Source of the DNA: Eledone cirrhosa
Lineage: Eukaryota
Assembly: GCA_964016885.1 (NCBI GenBank)
Contig: OZ024758.1
Span: forward strand, 7,068,001-7,132,000
Reading direction: 5' to 3'
Length of the DNA: 64,000 nt
Shown here: one piece after another, positions 1 through 13,322 of the stretch
Position numbering within the stretch: the first letter of the stretch is position 1
Layout of the letters: every line of letters begins with the position of its first letter
Program-made: the position numbers and the translations under genes
The notes under the pieces: model-generated
The model's input: the letters and a program-made list of their open reading frames with translations, nothing else
The model's database searches: none
What the model was told of the DNA's origin: nothing

Positions 1-44
1 ATAAAATAAAAAACAATTGTTGTAATGTACGCAGTTAGTTGTTG

Positions 45-173
45 TGTGTGGCCCTCAGACAACACATATGTGACCCATGTGGCCCTCAGACAACATATGT
101 GACCCATGTGGCCCTCAGACAACACATATGTGACCCATGAGGCCCTTGGCGGACCATCAGTTTGACATGCCTG
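45..173. mobile_element. End of hAT-like non-autonomous element with ~30-bp internal tandem repeats
   Basis: 3 copies of gtggccctcagacaacacatatgtgacccat, ending in cagtttgacatgcctg (reverse of a CAGGCATGTCAAAC hAT-type TIR). Confidence 0.5.
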
Positions 174-439
174 GTGTAGTCTATAGTTTAGATTGAGCTA
201 TATTTTCATTTCTATCATCATCATCATTTAGTGTCCATGATACAAGATGGAGGAACCTCATAGTGTCACTAGTAGGAGTTGGACAACAATAATAATAATA
301 ATAATTGTTTCTACTTTAGGCACAAGGCCAGCAATTACCCAGTGTATTACTGGTACTTTATTTTATCGACCCCCTTTGCAAAATTTGTATTGTGCCTAAT
401 CAAAATATATCAAATTGATATAAATGTTTTATTTTGTAG

Positions 440-658
440 GCTGAGATCATTCGAGAAACATCAAGTCATCTTAAATTTGAATCAACTTTAGCAAAGGATG
501 TGGACCAAAATGGTTTTTACATTGCTCATTACACTGGCTTTATATATCCCTTACAATTTCCACCCCCAAATGACAACAAATCACTTGTACTAACTGTTGG
601 AACATCATCTGCTAAAATTACATTATATCTAAGCAAAGACAGGTTTAAAAAGAACAAG
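440..658 (+). CDS. MEGF8: MEGF8 exon 1 of window (AEIIRET...FKKNK), phase 0/0
   Basis: ttttgtag acceptor, 219-nt open frame, AAG|gtatgt donor; joins in frame to 1204. Confidence 0.85.
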
Positions 659-3600
659 GTATGTTAAATAATGGTTTTTTAATCATTAACTTCAAGGAGT
701 AATTACAAATTTGGTTTGCATCTAATTTTTCATTTTAAAAAATTGGAACTGATCTCTGATTTTGGAGAAGTGGAGATCATAGCTCCATGGTCATGTGGTT
801 AGAATGTCTCAAGAAAGAATCTCTGGACAGATTTTACAGGCAATACCAACCAACAGGAGACCCAGAGGTAGACCCTGAGCAAGATGGATAATATTCATGA
901 GCTCAGCTGGTCTAGTTTGGGGATCCAGCCGGAGCAATTGGAGATGGTTGCTTCTGAGAGGACCCGTTGGAAGGAGTGTTTGAGGAGTCTGCTCCCATGA
1001 CTTTCTCAGGAATAAGTGGGTGAAGAAGAAGTCACAAATACAGAGCAATTAATTGCTTATTCATTAATTTTTTTATTGATAATTCATAATTATTTCGTTT
1101 GACATTATTAGATGTTTAGTATGGAAAATATTTAGGTAAATTTTTGAAACAATTTTCCAAAGCTATGTTAATTTTGTAAACCTTTTTGTTTTATATTTTT
1201 CAGGAGAAAGTAACTGGGAGTGGTGATCGATATGAAAAATCTGTGGCTTATAAAGCGAGACGATTTGGGGATTCAATGCTTTTTACTAATAAAAGTCGAG
1301 GAGCAAAGTATTACGTTGATCTTGAAGCACAGCTCAATATTACTACATCACAAAATAGTGTCACTGAGTTCAAATCATCTATTGACATCACCTGGAACAA
1401 TATACGACAAAAAAAGAACAACCTTCGTCAGAAAAATGAAGTTGATGAACAGGCTCTAACTTATGAGTTCCTTCAGCCTTACTACGAGGGGAGTTGTGAT
1501 CAGCATTACAACTGCCTTGGTTGTTTGTCAGACAATGCTTGTGGCTGGTGTGTAGAGACTAGAAGTTGCGTAATAAGAGATGGAAATGACACTGAAATAT
1601 TGAATAACAAATATATTGATCATCAAAATAAAGACAAATGCAAAGGAGATATGGCACATCATCTTTTAGTAACTAATATAGCAGAGTGTCCTGTTTGTAG
1701 TGACTATGTCAGCTGCTTGGACTGTTCTAGCGTAAGTAGTAACATATTTTACTGTGATTTATTTTGTATATTTTGTCTCATTAATTGTCCATCATTCATA
1801 AGTACAGAGGACCCTCAGTTCACAAACTTAATTCATTCCAGAAGGCCGTTTATTGCCTGAAATGTTCATCACCATCACCATCATCGTTTAACGTCCATCG
1901 TCCATGCTAGCATGGGTTGGACGGTTTTGTCCCACTTGATGCAAGATTAGTCGGCAGACCATGTCTCGCTCGTACAGAACTGTTTCTGGCAGATTTTCTA
2001 CGGCTGGGTGCCCTTCCTAACACCAACCACCTTTACAGTGTGGACCTTTTTACCGTGTCTCCTACATGACTATTTTACAGTATGGACTGGGTGCTTTTTG
2101 TCGTGTCACCCACACGGCCAATTTACAGTGGACGGAAGTGGGGGGAAGGAGTAGGATGTGTGGAATGGGGTGTATATTGAGTTAAGAGGTGCCTACTGAC
2201 TAGGTTTAAGTTTGTATGCAAGGGGAGGCGGGTCTTCTGTATAACTGCATAGCGCCAAAGATCTTGATCCAGTGACCTTCTCTGAGAGAGGTGTAAGTGA
2301 GCAAGGTCAGATTTTATCATGTCGTCCCAGGTTTTTCCACACAAAATGCTGAGAGAGAAATACAGTGAGAGAGAGAGAGAGAGACTGTGTATGAAAGACA
2401 GACAGATATCACCATAGTAACTAACTAGACAACAAGTGCTGTTTTCCTGGTGATACTTTAAGCTTGTCACCAACCATTGTTGCTGGCTTACATGTTTGTT
2501 ACTTGAGACACCATTTGTGGACTGAAACGTCTGATGCTGGTGAAAATTGTCTCAACTGATTTTTTTTTTCACGATGAGAGGCATTCATGAACTGAGGTTC
2601 CACTGTACAAACATACACACTTACAAACATACACACTCAGACATACATTCACACAAACACACACATACATTCACATACACACACACATACATTCACATAC
2701 ACACATGCACAGCATAACAAATGAAACACCAGCCGCTATTTTGCTATAGTTTTTTCACCCCCACCCCTCCTTCCTTCTTTTTATACACATACATTCACAC
2801 ATACATTCACGCAGGCAGCAGATGTAAAGAAAGAGAAGTAGTATGAGGTAGTCAAACTACTCCTCTCTCTTTATGTGTTGTGACAGAATCGTAGAAATTT
2901 ACATATAGATGTAATCTCGACAACACATGTTGTTCAACATGTGTTGTGGTGTTCACGTTGTTTTATAAGAATGAGAAATCTTGATGTTAAAAAAAAAAAA
3001 TGTTTTTATTGTAGGATAATCTCTGTGAATGGGTTACTGATGATGCTCATTGTATTCGAAGAGGTCGTGTAGAAGAAGCAGTTAAAGACCCAAAGAATTG
3101 TAGTGTTCCCTGTCATGAGTGAGTTATTGTTGGTCTTCCTTAACTTGCTTGTTTATAACATACATTTCTTAACTATTTGTTTTTAGCATACTTATTCAGA
3201 ACTTAGCTATTTCATCACTGCTCTCTATCTCTATGAGGAGAGAGCAGATGTGTAAGCTCGAGGTTTCAGTGTGTTGGTGAGTGAGGTTTTGTCAAATAGT
3301 TGGATGACCTCCTTCTGGATATGCTTTAGGATGTTTGTATGTGTTGCAGCACTCTACCAGATGTGTGTAGAAGTACTCTGCCAGATGTGTGTGTAACAGC
3401 AGCACTCTACCAGATGTGTGTGTAGCAGCAGCACTCTACCAGATGTGTATGTAGCAGCAGTACTCTACCAGATGTGTATGTAACAGCAGCACTCTACCAG
3501 ATGTGTGTGTAGCAGCAGCACTCTACCAGATGTGTGTGTAGCAGCAGCACTCTACCAGATGTGTGTGTAGCAACAGCACTCTACCAGATGTTTATGTAGC

Positions 3601-6600
3601 AGCAGTACTCTACCAGATGTGTGTGTAGCAGCAGCACTCTACCAGATGTGTATGTAGCAGCAGTACTCTACCAGATGTGTATGTAGCAGCAGCACTCTAC
3701 CAGATGTGTATGTAGCAGCAGTACTCTACCAGATGTGTATGTAGCAGCAGTACTCTACCAGATGTGTATGTAACAGCAGCACTCTACCAGATGTGTGTGT
3801 AGCAGCAGCACTCTACCAGATGTGTATGTAGCAGCAGTACTCTACCAGATGTGTGTGTAGCAGCAGTACTCTACCAGATGTGTGTGTAGCAGCAGTACTC
3901 TACCAGATGTGTATGTAGCAGCAGTACTCTACCAGATGTGTATGTAGCAGCAGCAGTACTCTACCAGATGTGTGTGTAGCAGCAGCACTCTACCAGATGT
4001 GTATGTAGCAGCAGTACTCTACCAGATGTGTATGTAGCAGCAGTACTCTACCAGATGTGTGTGTAGCAGCAGCACTCTACCAGATGTGTATGTAGCAGCA
4101 GTACTCTACCAGATGTGTATGTAGCAGCAGTACTCTACCAGATGTGTATGTAGCAGCAGTACTCTACCAGATGTGTATGTAGCAGCAGTACTCTACCAGA
4201 TGTGTATGTAGAGAGAGAATCAGCAGTTGGTGAGAGCTGTAACTATACAAGTAATGCATAGAAAAACTTGTTTAAGAGGGGGATCAGTATATATTGACTA
4301 AGAAATGTAGAATGGAGATGTTTATACACACGTCCATAGAACACGACACACAGCTCGCTCTAGGAATCGAACCCAGGACATTATGATCACAGGTGGTACT
4401 ATTAAGTTAGCCATGGCCTGGGCCAATACTGGCCGAAACCTATCAAAGTTATAGGTCCAACACACCCCTATGTCATACACCTTCACAGTGATAATTTAGC
4501 AGAGGGTGAGTTTGGAGGCGAGAAAGATTATATTCTAAAGTTTTCTGTCTATGACCTTTTACTTGAATATTTTAACTTCATAAATCTTTAGAATCTATCA
4601 TTACACTTTATATTCCTTGAAAGGAAACAATTGTTTATTAAATAAACTTATTCTTTCATTTCAGTCGAACGAGTTGCTTTGATTGTACATCAAAAAGGGA
4701 TGAATGTGCTTGGTGTGAAAATACCCATCAATGCCTCACATTTGCCCAGTATGTACCATTACATATGTATGGCCAGTGCCAACATTGGGTCTACAGCAAA
4801 TTACCTAACATTCAGTGCCATAATTGTTCAATTCATCTTAATTACTCTAATTGCTTGCATCACTTTGGATGTGGTTGGTGCTTCAATGAACATAATCCAA
4901 CTATTGGTGTGTGTTTAGACGGAGATTTTGTTGGTTAGTAGTTTTTTTTTCTCAGTAAATTTTTACAGTTTGCTTATAATGAAGCTGTCATATTCTAAGA
5001 ATTAGATATATTTTTTTTTACTTTATATGCATTCTCCCTTTCTTTGTTCTTTGATGAGAAAATATTTATCCTTAACTTGTAAAATGCTACATAAAAATCT
5101 CCGAACATACAAAAGGAAGTTGGACTGTAAACTGAATTCAGCATGTTTTTATTACAACATTGCATCCCATATAACAAAATAATACACAGTAGAGTGTGCA
5201 ATATAGTCCCCCACCCACCAATGTGACTATAGCATGGAATATTTGGTGTGCTGTCTTTGTACCTTATCAGTGCTTGAAAACTTTTGACTTGGGCTATTAA
5301 AAAAATACAAATTCTCATTACTTTAAAATATAAAGAAAATATACCCTGAAAGATCATATTTTACATCATCATACATCATTATAAAGTACAAAACTAATGT
5401 AAAAACCAGCCGTAACTGGCCACTCATACTGATGTTAAGCTATTGTTTTCAAAATAAATATCAAAATCTCATAGATTCGCTATTATGTGAGATAAATATG
5501 TGAGGTAAAGCCTTTATCATGAAAATACAATCGTATATATAGAGTAATGTAAATGCTAAAGGGTTAAAACATCATATATCATTATAAAATATAAAACTAA
5601 TGTAAAACTAAAGAAAGAGTTGTAAATATATTTAAGATATTACAAATGACTTAACTCATGTTTACTGAGTTAAAACATTTTATTACAGTTTCATAACACT
5701 TACTAGAGTTGCCAAAAATTGTTTAACATAACTAAACCTCCTACTTAGATATTTTTCTTTGTGTTAGGAAGGGCATCCAGCTGAAGAAAACCAACCAGAA
5801 ACACGGTTACCTGACACAACTTGCCTCTAAATAGGACCCGTCTAACCCATGCTAGCATAGAAGATGGACATTAATTGATGATGATAGTATTATGTCTCCT
5901 CGAAACTCATTAAAAAAAGCCCATAGTTTCAGTATAAAAGCTTCCTGTTCTATCATTGTTTTATTTTGGTCACATTATTCCTTGGCTTATATTCAAGTAT
6001 ATATGGTACATCTGATCTAGATTATTTCTTCATATTGTTGGAAGTACTCTGTTATTTACCATTACTGGAAATAACCCATTGCTATTACCATATTAAAAGC
6101 CAAAGAAAGACACAAGTCTATGAGATAAAACTAAAGATAATGAATAAAATCTCTCATTTTTATCATTTATTTTTTTTCTCATCAAACTTCATATATGTGT
6201 TTGTTATTGCATTAATACCTTCTGTTGTTCTTTCCTATAAATGTTTTTTGGTAGACAGCTTTAGTTAATATTTTTTTTATTTTAATGCTTTAACCCTTTC
6301 AATACCAACCTGTTTTGGATCTTAAGAGTCCAGCTCTAATTGTTAAAAAAATCTTTATATTGAAATTAAAATCTTCCATCATGATTTTTATGAAAGAATA
6401 TTATGTTAAGTTGTATTCCTTGCACCAGCTTAATAACAATAAATAAACTATTTTATTAAATCCCTTTAAATTCTTAATAATTTTCAAAGATGACTGAAAT
6501 ACATAGGGCATGTATTTGATAAGAAATGTGGTAATGAAAGGGTTAACATTTATGCACAATGCAATTATATTCTTTGTAGCTTTAAGTTTTGTTTTCCTTT

Positions 6601-9600
6601 CTTATTAAAGAACCTACAGGGTTGTTCAGTTCTTTGAGGACATTTGCACGAATTTAGTAAAAGACACACAAGTCATGAAAGAAGAGCTTTATTTGAGAAA
6701 AAATTGGCATGAATAATCTTGTGGCTTTTCTTGGTGTATCTACTCAATGAATCTGCCATTAGCATCGATGACTGCTTCAATACAAGGTTTGAAACGTTGA
6801 TATGCCTGAATTAGATAATCTCTATCTATTTCGGACAGTTATCTATTTTTGTTAGTTATGGCAGACTTCAGAGATTTTATAGTGTTATGGTGGTATTGAT
6901 GGACCTCCCTGTTAACTACAACCCATATGTAGTAGTCCTAAGGATTCAGGTCTGGAAAGCTAGGTAGCCATATATTTGGGGTGACATGATTGTGGAGATT
7001 GTAACTCATCCATTCTTAGTTTGTCTTGACCTTATTAGACGGTGCAGAGTCTTGTTGATAGGTAAATGGTCTTCCTTTGCTCAAGCTCTTTGTCTAAGGC
7101 TTCGCAACCCTCTCCAACACCTCCGTATAGTCAGCAGTATTGACCTTTAAGACTTGAGAAAAGAAGTGCGGAGGCATGACCTCGGCCTTGTTGGTCACAA
7201 CTCCCAGAACCATCACAGTTGCCGGAAACTTGGTGTGCATGACCATTGGAATGTCTTTAGGGTCTCTGCATAAACATCTGTCATTTCTTTGGTTGACCTT
7301 TTGGTCCTGATCATAGTTTTTCTCATCAGAGTAAAACCAAAGTCTTCTAGGCTCTTGTTATTTTAACTTGCTCAATGAACTTTTCAACTGATTCTTGTAG
7401 AAAGTCTTCTTAACTAGTGATTATGATGATGATTATATAATTTTGAAGGATTTTGTATTTTAATGATAGTATTTTAATGTTTCTTGTTAAGTTTTTTTAA
7501 AGGAATGTACTCTTCCATTATTTATATATTTCTGCTATATATATCTTAGGTCCAATTTCTGGGAAGAGCTGTGCAGCTGTTATAAGTGAGAACCATAATA
7601 TTTCTGTACAGGAATCTGCTCATTGGGCTTATGGAGTTGTACCTGATGTTAACGAATGCATACTTGGTCTTCACAAATGCCATCCAAATGCAACTTGTTA
7701 TAACACCTTAGATTCTTACACATGCAAGTGCAAACGTGGATTTGTGGCTGTTAATGGAACTAAACAGTGTAAGAAAACGTAAGTATAATTTATGTTTGTT
7801 CATTTTGTTGGCAGTATTGGTAGAGGGTCGGACGCCATGCTTTGAAGCATAAAGTTACGGCTCTTGCCATTCTGAGTTCAAATCCCGCCGAGGTTAACTT
7901 TGCCTTTCTTCCTTACGGGGTCGATAAAATAAAGTACCAGTAATGCACTGGGGTAATTGCTGGCCTTGTGCCAAAAGTAGAAACAATTATTAAAGACACG
8001 ACAACTTCTGTCCTTGATGTGACCAGATGTAAGCAGGATACAGACCCTTTGGCCTGTCTGGGAGGTTTGTGGCCCCTCTTCAGTACTGACTTGGTCTATG
8101 TAGACCTGTCCAACCCAGAGATCAGTAGATACGTCTTCAGTACTGTCTTGGTCTATGTAGACCCGTCCAATCCTTGCTAGCAGGGAAAGTGGATGTTAAA
8201 TGATGATGATGATGATAATTTCTTTGGAAGAATATTTCTCTTGAAAGTAGTTTTATTATTATTTGTAATCCATATAGGCAAGGAATTGACAGAATCTTTA
8301 GAGTATTGGATTAAGAACTTCGATATTTGTTCCAGTTCTCTGCACTCTGAGTTTCAATTTCATCATAGTCAACTTTGCTTTTCATCCTTTCACAGTACAA
8401 GTCCAGGGGCAATGGATTAGTGGAATTGTTAGAGTTGGACAGGATGTTGTTTTGTATCTGATCCAGCTGTGTGTGTGTCCTCAGTTCAAATCCTGTCTTC
8501 TACCAGGAGTTGTAATTGGTAGATAGTATGAGCAAAGGAAAGACTCATGGAAACATAGCTTCCTTAGTCTGATTTGATGATGGGCTCCTTTCTTTTCCTT
8601 TCATTTATAATCCAACGTTTATGCTTTGGCATCAAAGACTCTAGTTCTGGAGAAGTGGAGCATCTACTTTCAAAATAAGAGAAATATTTAAGGTAAAGAA
8701 AACGAGGAGTTATAATTGTCTTGCCTTTCTCAATGTAAATGAAATAATCACCATCATCAACGTCTATTTTTCCACACTTGTATCGGTTAGACAGGTCATC
8801 CATGTTATGAGACAAGTCTGGCCAGTTGGCCAGGCTGGACCTTGCTCAAATGGAACTGTATTTTGTGCGAGTTTTTTTTTTCTCAACTGGGTGCCCTTCC
8901 TAACATCAACTACATTTTCAGTGAGGAATTGGCTGGTCTTATGATGAAGAAGTTCTGACCAGTTGGATGTGCTGTACCTTGCTTGTAGCGGGACAGTATT
9001 TTAGTTGGGTTTTTACGTATGCTGGGTGCCTTTCCTACAATATGAGATTGAAATGAACAATAAATTAATACTAATAGAAAAGACAAAGAAAAGATACATT
9101 AAAGACTTACTACAGCAACAGTGGCAGCTTTTTGACTATATATCATTATCATCATCGTTTAACGTCCATCTTCCATGCTAGCATGGGTTACTAGTTTTAT
9201 TACTGATAAGTATTGAGCATATTTTGGATTCTAACATTCAGGTTAAAAGAAAGACATTTAAAGATGAAACAATTTGCATGGTCTGAGTTATTGGTGTGTG
9301 ACTGCAGAAATAAAACTGAACATGTTATGGTGCCACATTAGCATGCAGGGTGGACTTTATGCTTCTTTGATTCTTATATTTATCTGTGCTTCTTTTTAAA
9401 TCTTCAGATGCTACTATGAGTGCGTTCATGGCAAATGTTCCAGTGCCCCAGACTATAAATGTCAGTGTGATATTGGTTGGGCAGGAGCTGAATGTAATAC
9501 CAGCTGTGGTTGTAATGGCCATAGTGCCTGTCCAGAAGGCATCAGTATTTGTGACAAATGTCATCATAATACTAGGGGTCAGTTTTGTGAGCTATGTCAA

Positions 9601-12600
9601 CCAGGAAGCTATGGTGATCCAACCACTGGTCAAGGTAATCAAATTGTAATGTAAAATACTCTTCAAAAATATTGTCTTTTCTTTCTCTTATTCTGTTTGG
9701 CCATGCTGGGGCAGCAAAGTCATCAGGGTCACCACTTGCTAGGTTCTAGTCAATTTAGAGGGTGTCAACCTTTTGACAAATTGTGTGCACCATATTTCAA
9801 CCAGTTATGAATGTGTATTCCTGCCTCGATGAAAGGTCACTCTAATGTATTGTGCAATATAATACAATATATAATCTGGTGGTGGATTGGCAGTATCGGT
9901 AGAGAGTTGGACGCCATGCTTTCCAGCATAGAGTTACGTCCCTTTACCGACTGAGTTCAAATCCTGCCAAGGTTAACTTTGCCTTTGTAAAATAAAATAA
10001 TTCCTTTATAAATTATAATATATATATAGTGCTGTTGATCTACACAATAAAGGCACCCAGTACATGCTGTAAAGTGGTAGGTGTTAGGAAGGACATCCAG
10101 CTGTAGAAACCTTGCCAAACAAGAAGTTAGGAAGACCCTTTAGCTGTATGAAGGACAAGACAACTTCCCTAGTGCTGATGATCTACACAATAAAAGCACT
10201 CAGTACATGCTGTAAAGTGGTTGGTGTTAGGAAGGACATCCAGCTGTAGAAACCTTGCCAAACGAGGGCTTAGGAGGATCCTTAAGTTTGTGTCAAAAGA
10301 CACACAACTTCTTAGCTGCATTCTATATAAGTGAACATAAGCGAGAACAGACTCCTCGGCCTGTCTGGGAGGTCAGTAGCTCTGCTTCAGTATTGACTTT
10401 GTCTATGTAGACCTGTCCAACCCTTGCTAGCAGGGAAAATAGGCGGTAAATGATGATGATGATGGTATATAATTAATTGTGCCATATTTATATTGTTTCA
10501 GTCATCAAAAAGTGCTAGTTTTGTTCTGCTTATCTTAAAAGCTACTGAGAAAAAGAAATTCAAAATATTCACAGTGATTATTAAGGAAAATAAATAACAT
10601 TTCACACTTTGATATACTGATGGGAAATTTAAACAGAATAGTTGTTTTATTGGCAGAATTGTTATAATACCACACAGCTGTGTCAATGGTCTGCCTCCCA
10701 AGTTGGTGATCCACTCAATAAATGTAACTAGTACAAGTTCTAAAATGTTTGGTTATAGGAAGGTTATCTATCCGTAAAAGGCTTGTCAAACAAAGAGTTA
10801 AACAGATCAATATCAACTAGTATGGCAAGGCCAAATAATCAATAATCAGCCAATTTGTATATCAGTGCATCTCTTGTTCTTATATAGAATTATGTTGGAA
10901 GTTTTTAATTTAAATAATATCTTGTATACAAATATATTTGTTATGTATCTTTATATACAAGTATATTTGTGTATCTTTATATACAAATATATTTGTTATG
11001 TATCTTTATATACAAGTATATTTGTGTATCTTTATATACAAATATATTTGTTGTGTATCTTTATATACAAGTATATTTGTTATGTATCTTTATATACAAA
11101 TATATTTGTTATGTATCTTTATATACAAGTATATTTGTTATGTATCTTTATATACAAGTATATTTGTTGTGTATCTTTATATACAAGTATATTTGTTGTG
11201 TATCTTTATATACAAGTATATTTGTTGTGTATCTTTATATACAAGTATATTTGTTGTATATCTTCTTATATACAAGAATATTTGTTATGTAAATCTTATA
11301 TACAAGAATATTTGTTGTGTATCTTGATATACAAGTATATTTGTGTATCTTTATATAGAAGTTGTATGTATATCTGTATTATTTTGAGTAGTTATTTGTT
11401 CAGTAAAATTAATGAAATGCTCTCATCTTTACAGCTTGTAAACTGTGTGAATGTAATGGCCATGGAGATGCTTCATTAGGGGAGTGTCACAATCAAACTG
11501 GAAAATGTTTTTGTAAAGATGACACCAAAGGTTTTCATTGTCAACATTGTTTGGATGATTATTATGGAAACCCCAGGTTAGTTCATTAATAAACTAGTCT
11601 TAACCTCATTTTCAAGACAGTCTTCCATTTTCATGTTTTAACCCTTTAGCATTGAAACTGGCCATATCCAGCCAGAATTCAGTCACCTCTTTCTATTCAA
11701 ACCGGCCATAATTGGCTGCTTATACTTATGTTAAAATATTGTTTTCAACATAAATAATATCAAAATCTCGTAGATTTGATATTATGTGAGGTAAAGACTT
11801 TACTGTGAAAATACAATAGTAAATATAGAGTAATGTAAATGCTAACGGGTTAATGTCTAATGAATGAAGAGGGTGTGGATGTGCATGGCATATTGGTTAG
11901 AGCATTGGACTTAGGAACATATTTTGTGGGTTCAATTCCTGGACTGGGTTGTGTGTTGTGTTCTAGAGTAAAACGCTTCATTTCTCATTGCTCCAGTATA
12001 CTCATCTGAAAATGAATACCAGCAATAGATGGGGGTTTAACTCTGCAATGGACTGGTGTCCTGTCCAGGGGAAGTCTTTTACTCTCAGTCCCTTCACTCC
12101 ATGCAAACTAGGATAAGCACTGGCCTCATGAGCCTTCAGGTTCGAGACAGACTTTAGACTTTTAGAATGAAAAGGCCGAAAAATTGATCAAACCATATAA
12201 ACTACATAGAGCTTGCACTGTGGGACACTGCTTTCATCAGTTGTCAACCTGGAGATCTCTAAGATTTTGGCACCTTCTGACCATATCACTATCTCAAGCA
12301 GTATTGATTCTACTAGAGAATGCCTGAGTTTTATGATTCAATCTGTAGCACAGTTTTCCTTCTTATCCATGACATTATCACCAGAATTGTGATGTAACCA
12401 TTCTTGTCGTTGAGAATTTAAGATGTCTACTCCTTGCTGAGAGTTTCATCCTTGCTTTTAGTGTGGCTCTTCTTTTAAATTCTTTCACTATAGCCATATC
12501 GAAGCTTTTCCTGCCTTCCTCTTCAGTTCTCGAATCACTTCTTGGAATGAAAAGTTGAGAAGTTATTCAAGAACTTTTCATTCCAAGTCCAATAGCAGCC

Positions 12601-13040
12601 AGGTAGGACATGGTGGATCTATCCACAAATTCATGATATCCCACCTCAACTGAAGTCGGTGTACACCATTGTCTTCAACCCAGCCAACTAGAACATGGTA
12701 GATCTTCTCACAAATTCATCTGAAATCAGTATACACTGCCATTCTGGACCCTGGCACCCTTAGTTGTTCATGTTTTAGATACTTTCTTTCATGAGTCCAC
12801 TCCATATTGCCTTCACAAGACAGTGTCATCTCAACAATTAGGATCTTTTTATCAAGTCTGACCATAACAGAAGGTTTTGGCAGAGTGTTATAGCATATAT
12901 ATTCTATTTCATATGACAAATAGCAGTTCTCGTTATGAAGTAGTCATTTTTATATGAAATAAATATGTACCTTCCCTAGTAGTGTATTGAGTACTTTTTT
13001 TAACTGTAGTTCACTTCTACCCCTTCAGAAAACCATTCTC

Positions 13041-13126
<86 letters not shown>

Positions 13127-13290
13127 GAAAAGAGAAAGGTTTTGTCACTAATATATGGGACATCTCAATGTAAAGATAACTAAAAATATCTAGATCAGAG
13201 ATGCATATAAATTAGTTAAACTATATATATATATAATAAGAGGTTAACAGGACTAGCATAAGGTTTTCCTGCTAGTACCAGTTGCGTCTC

Positions 13291-13322
<32 letters not shown>

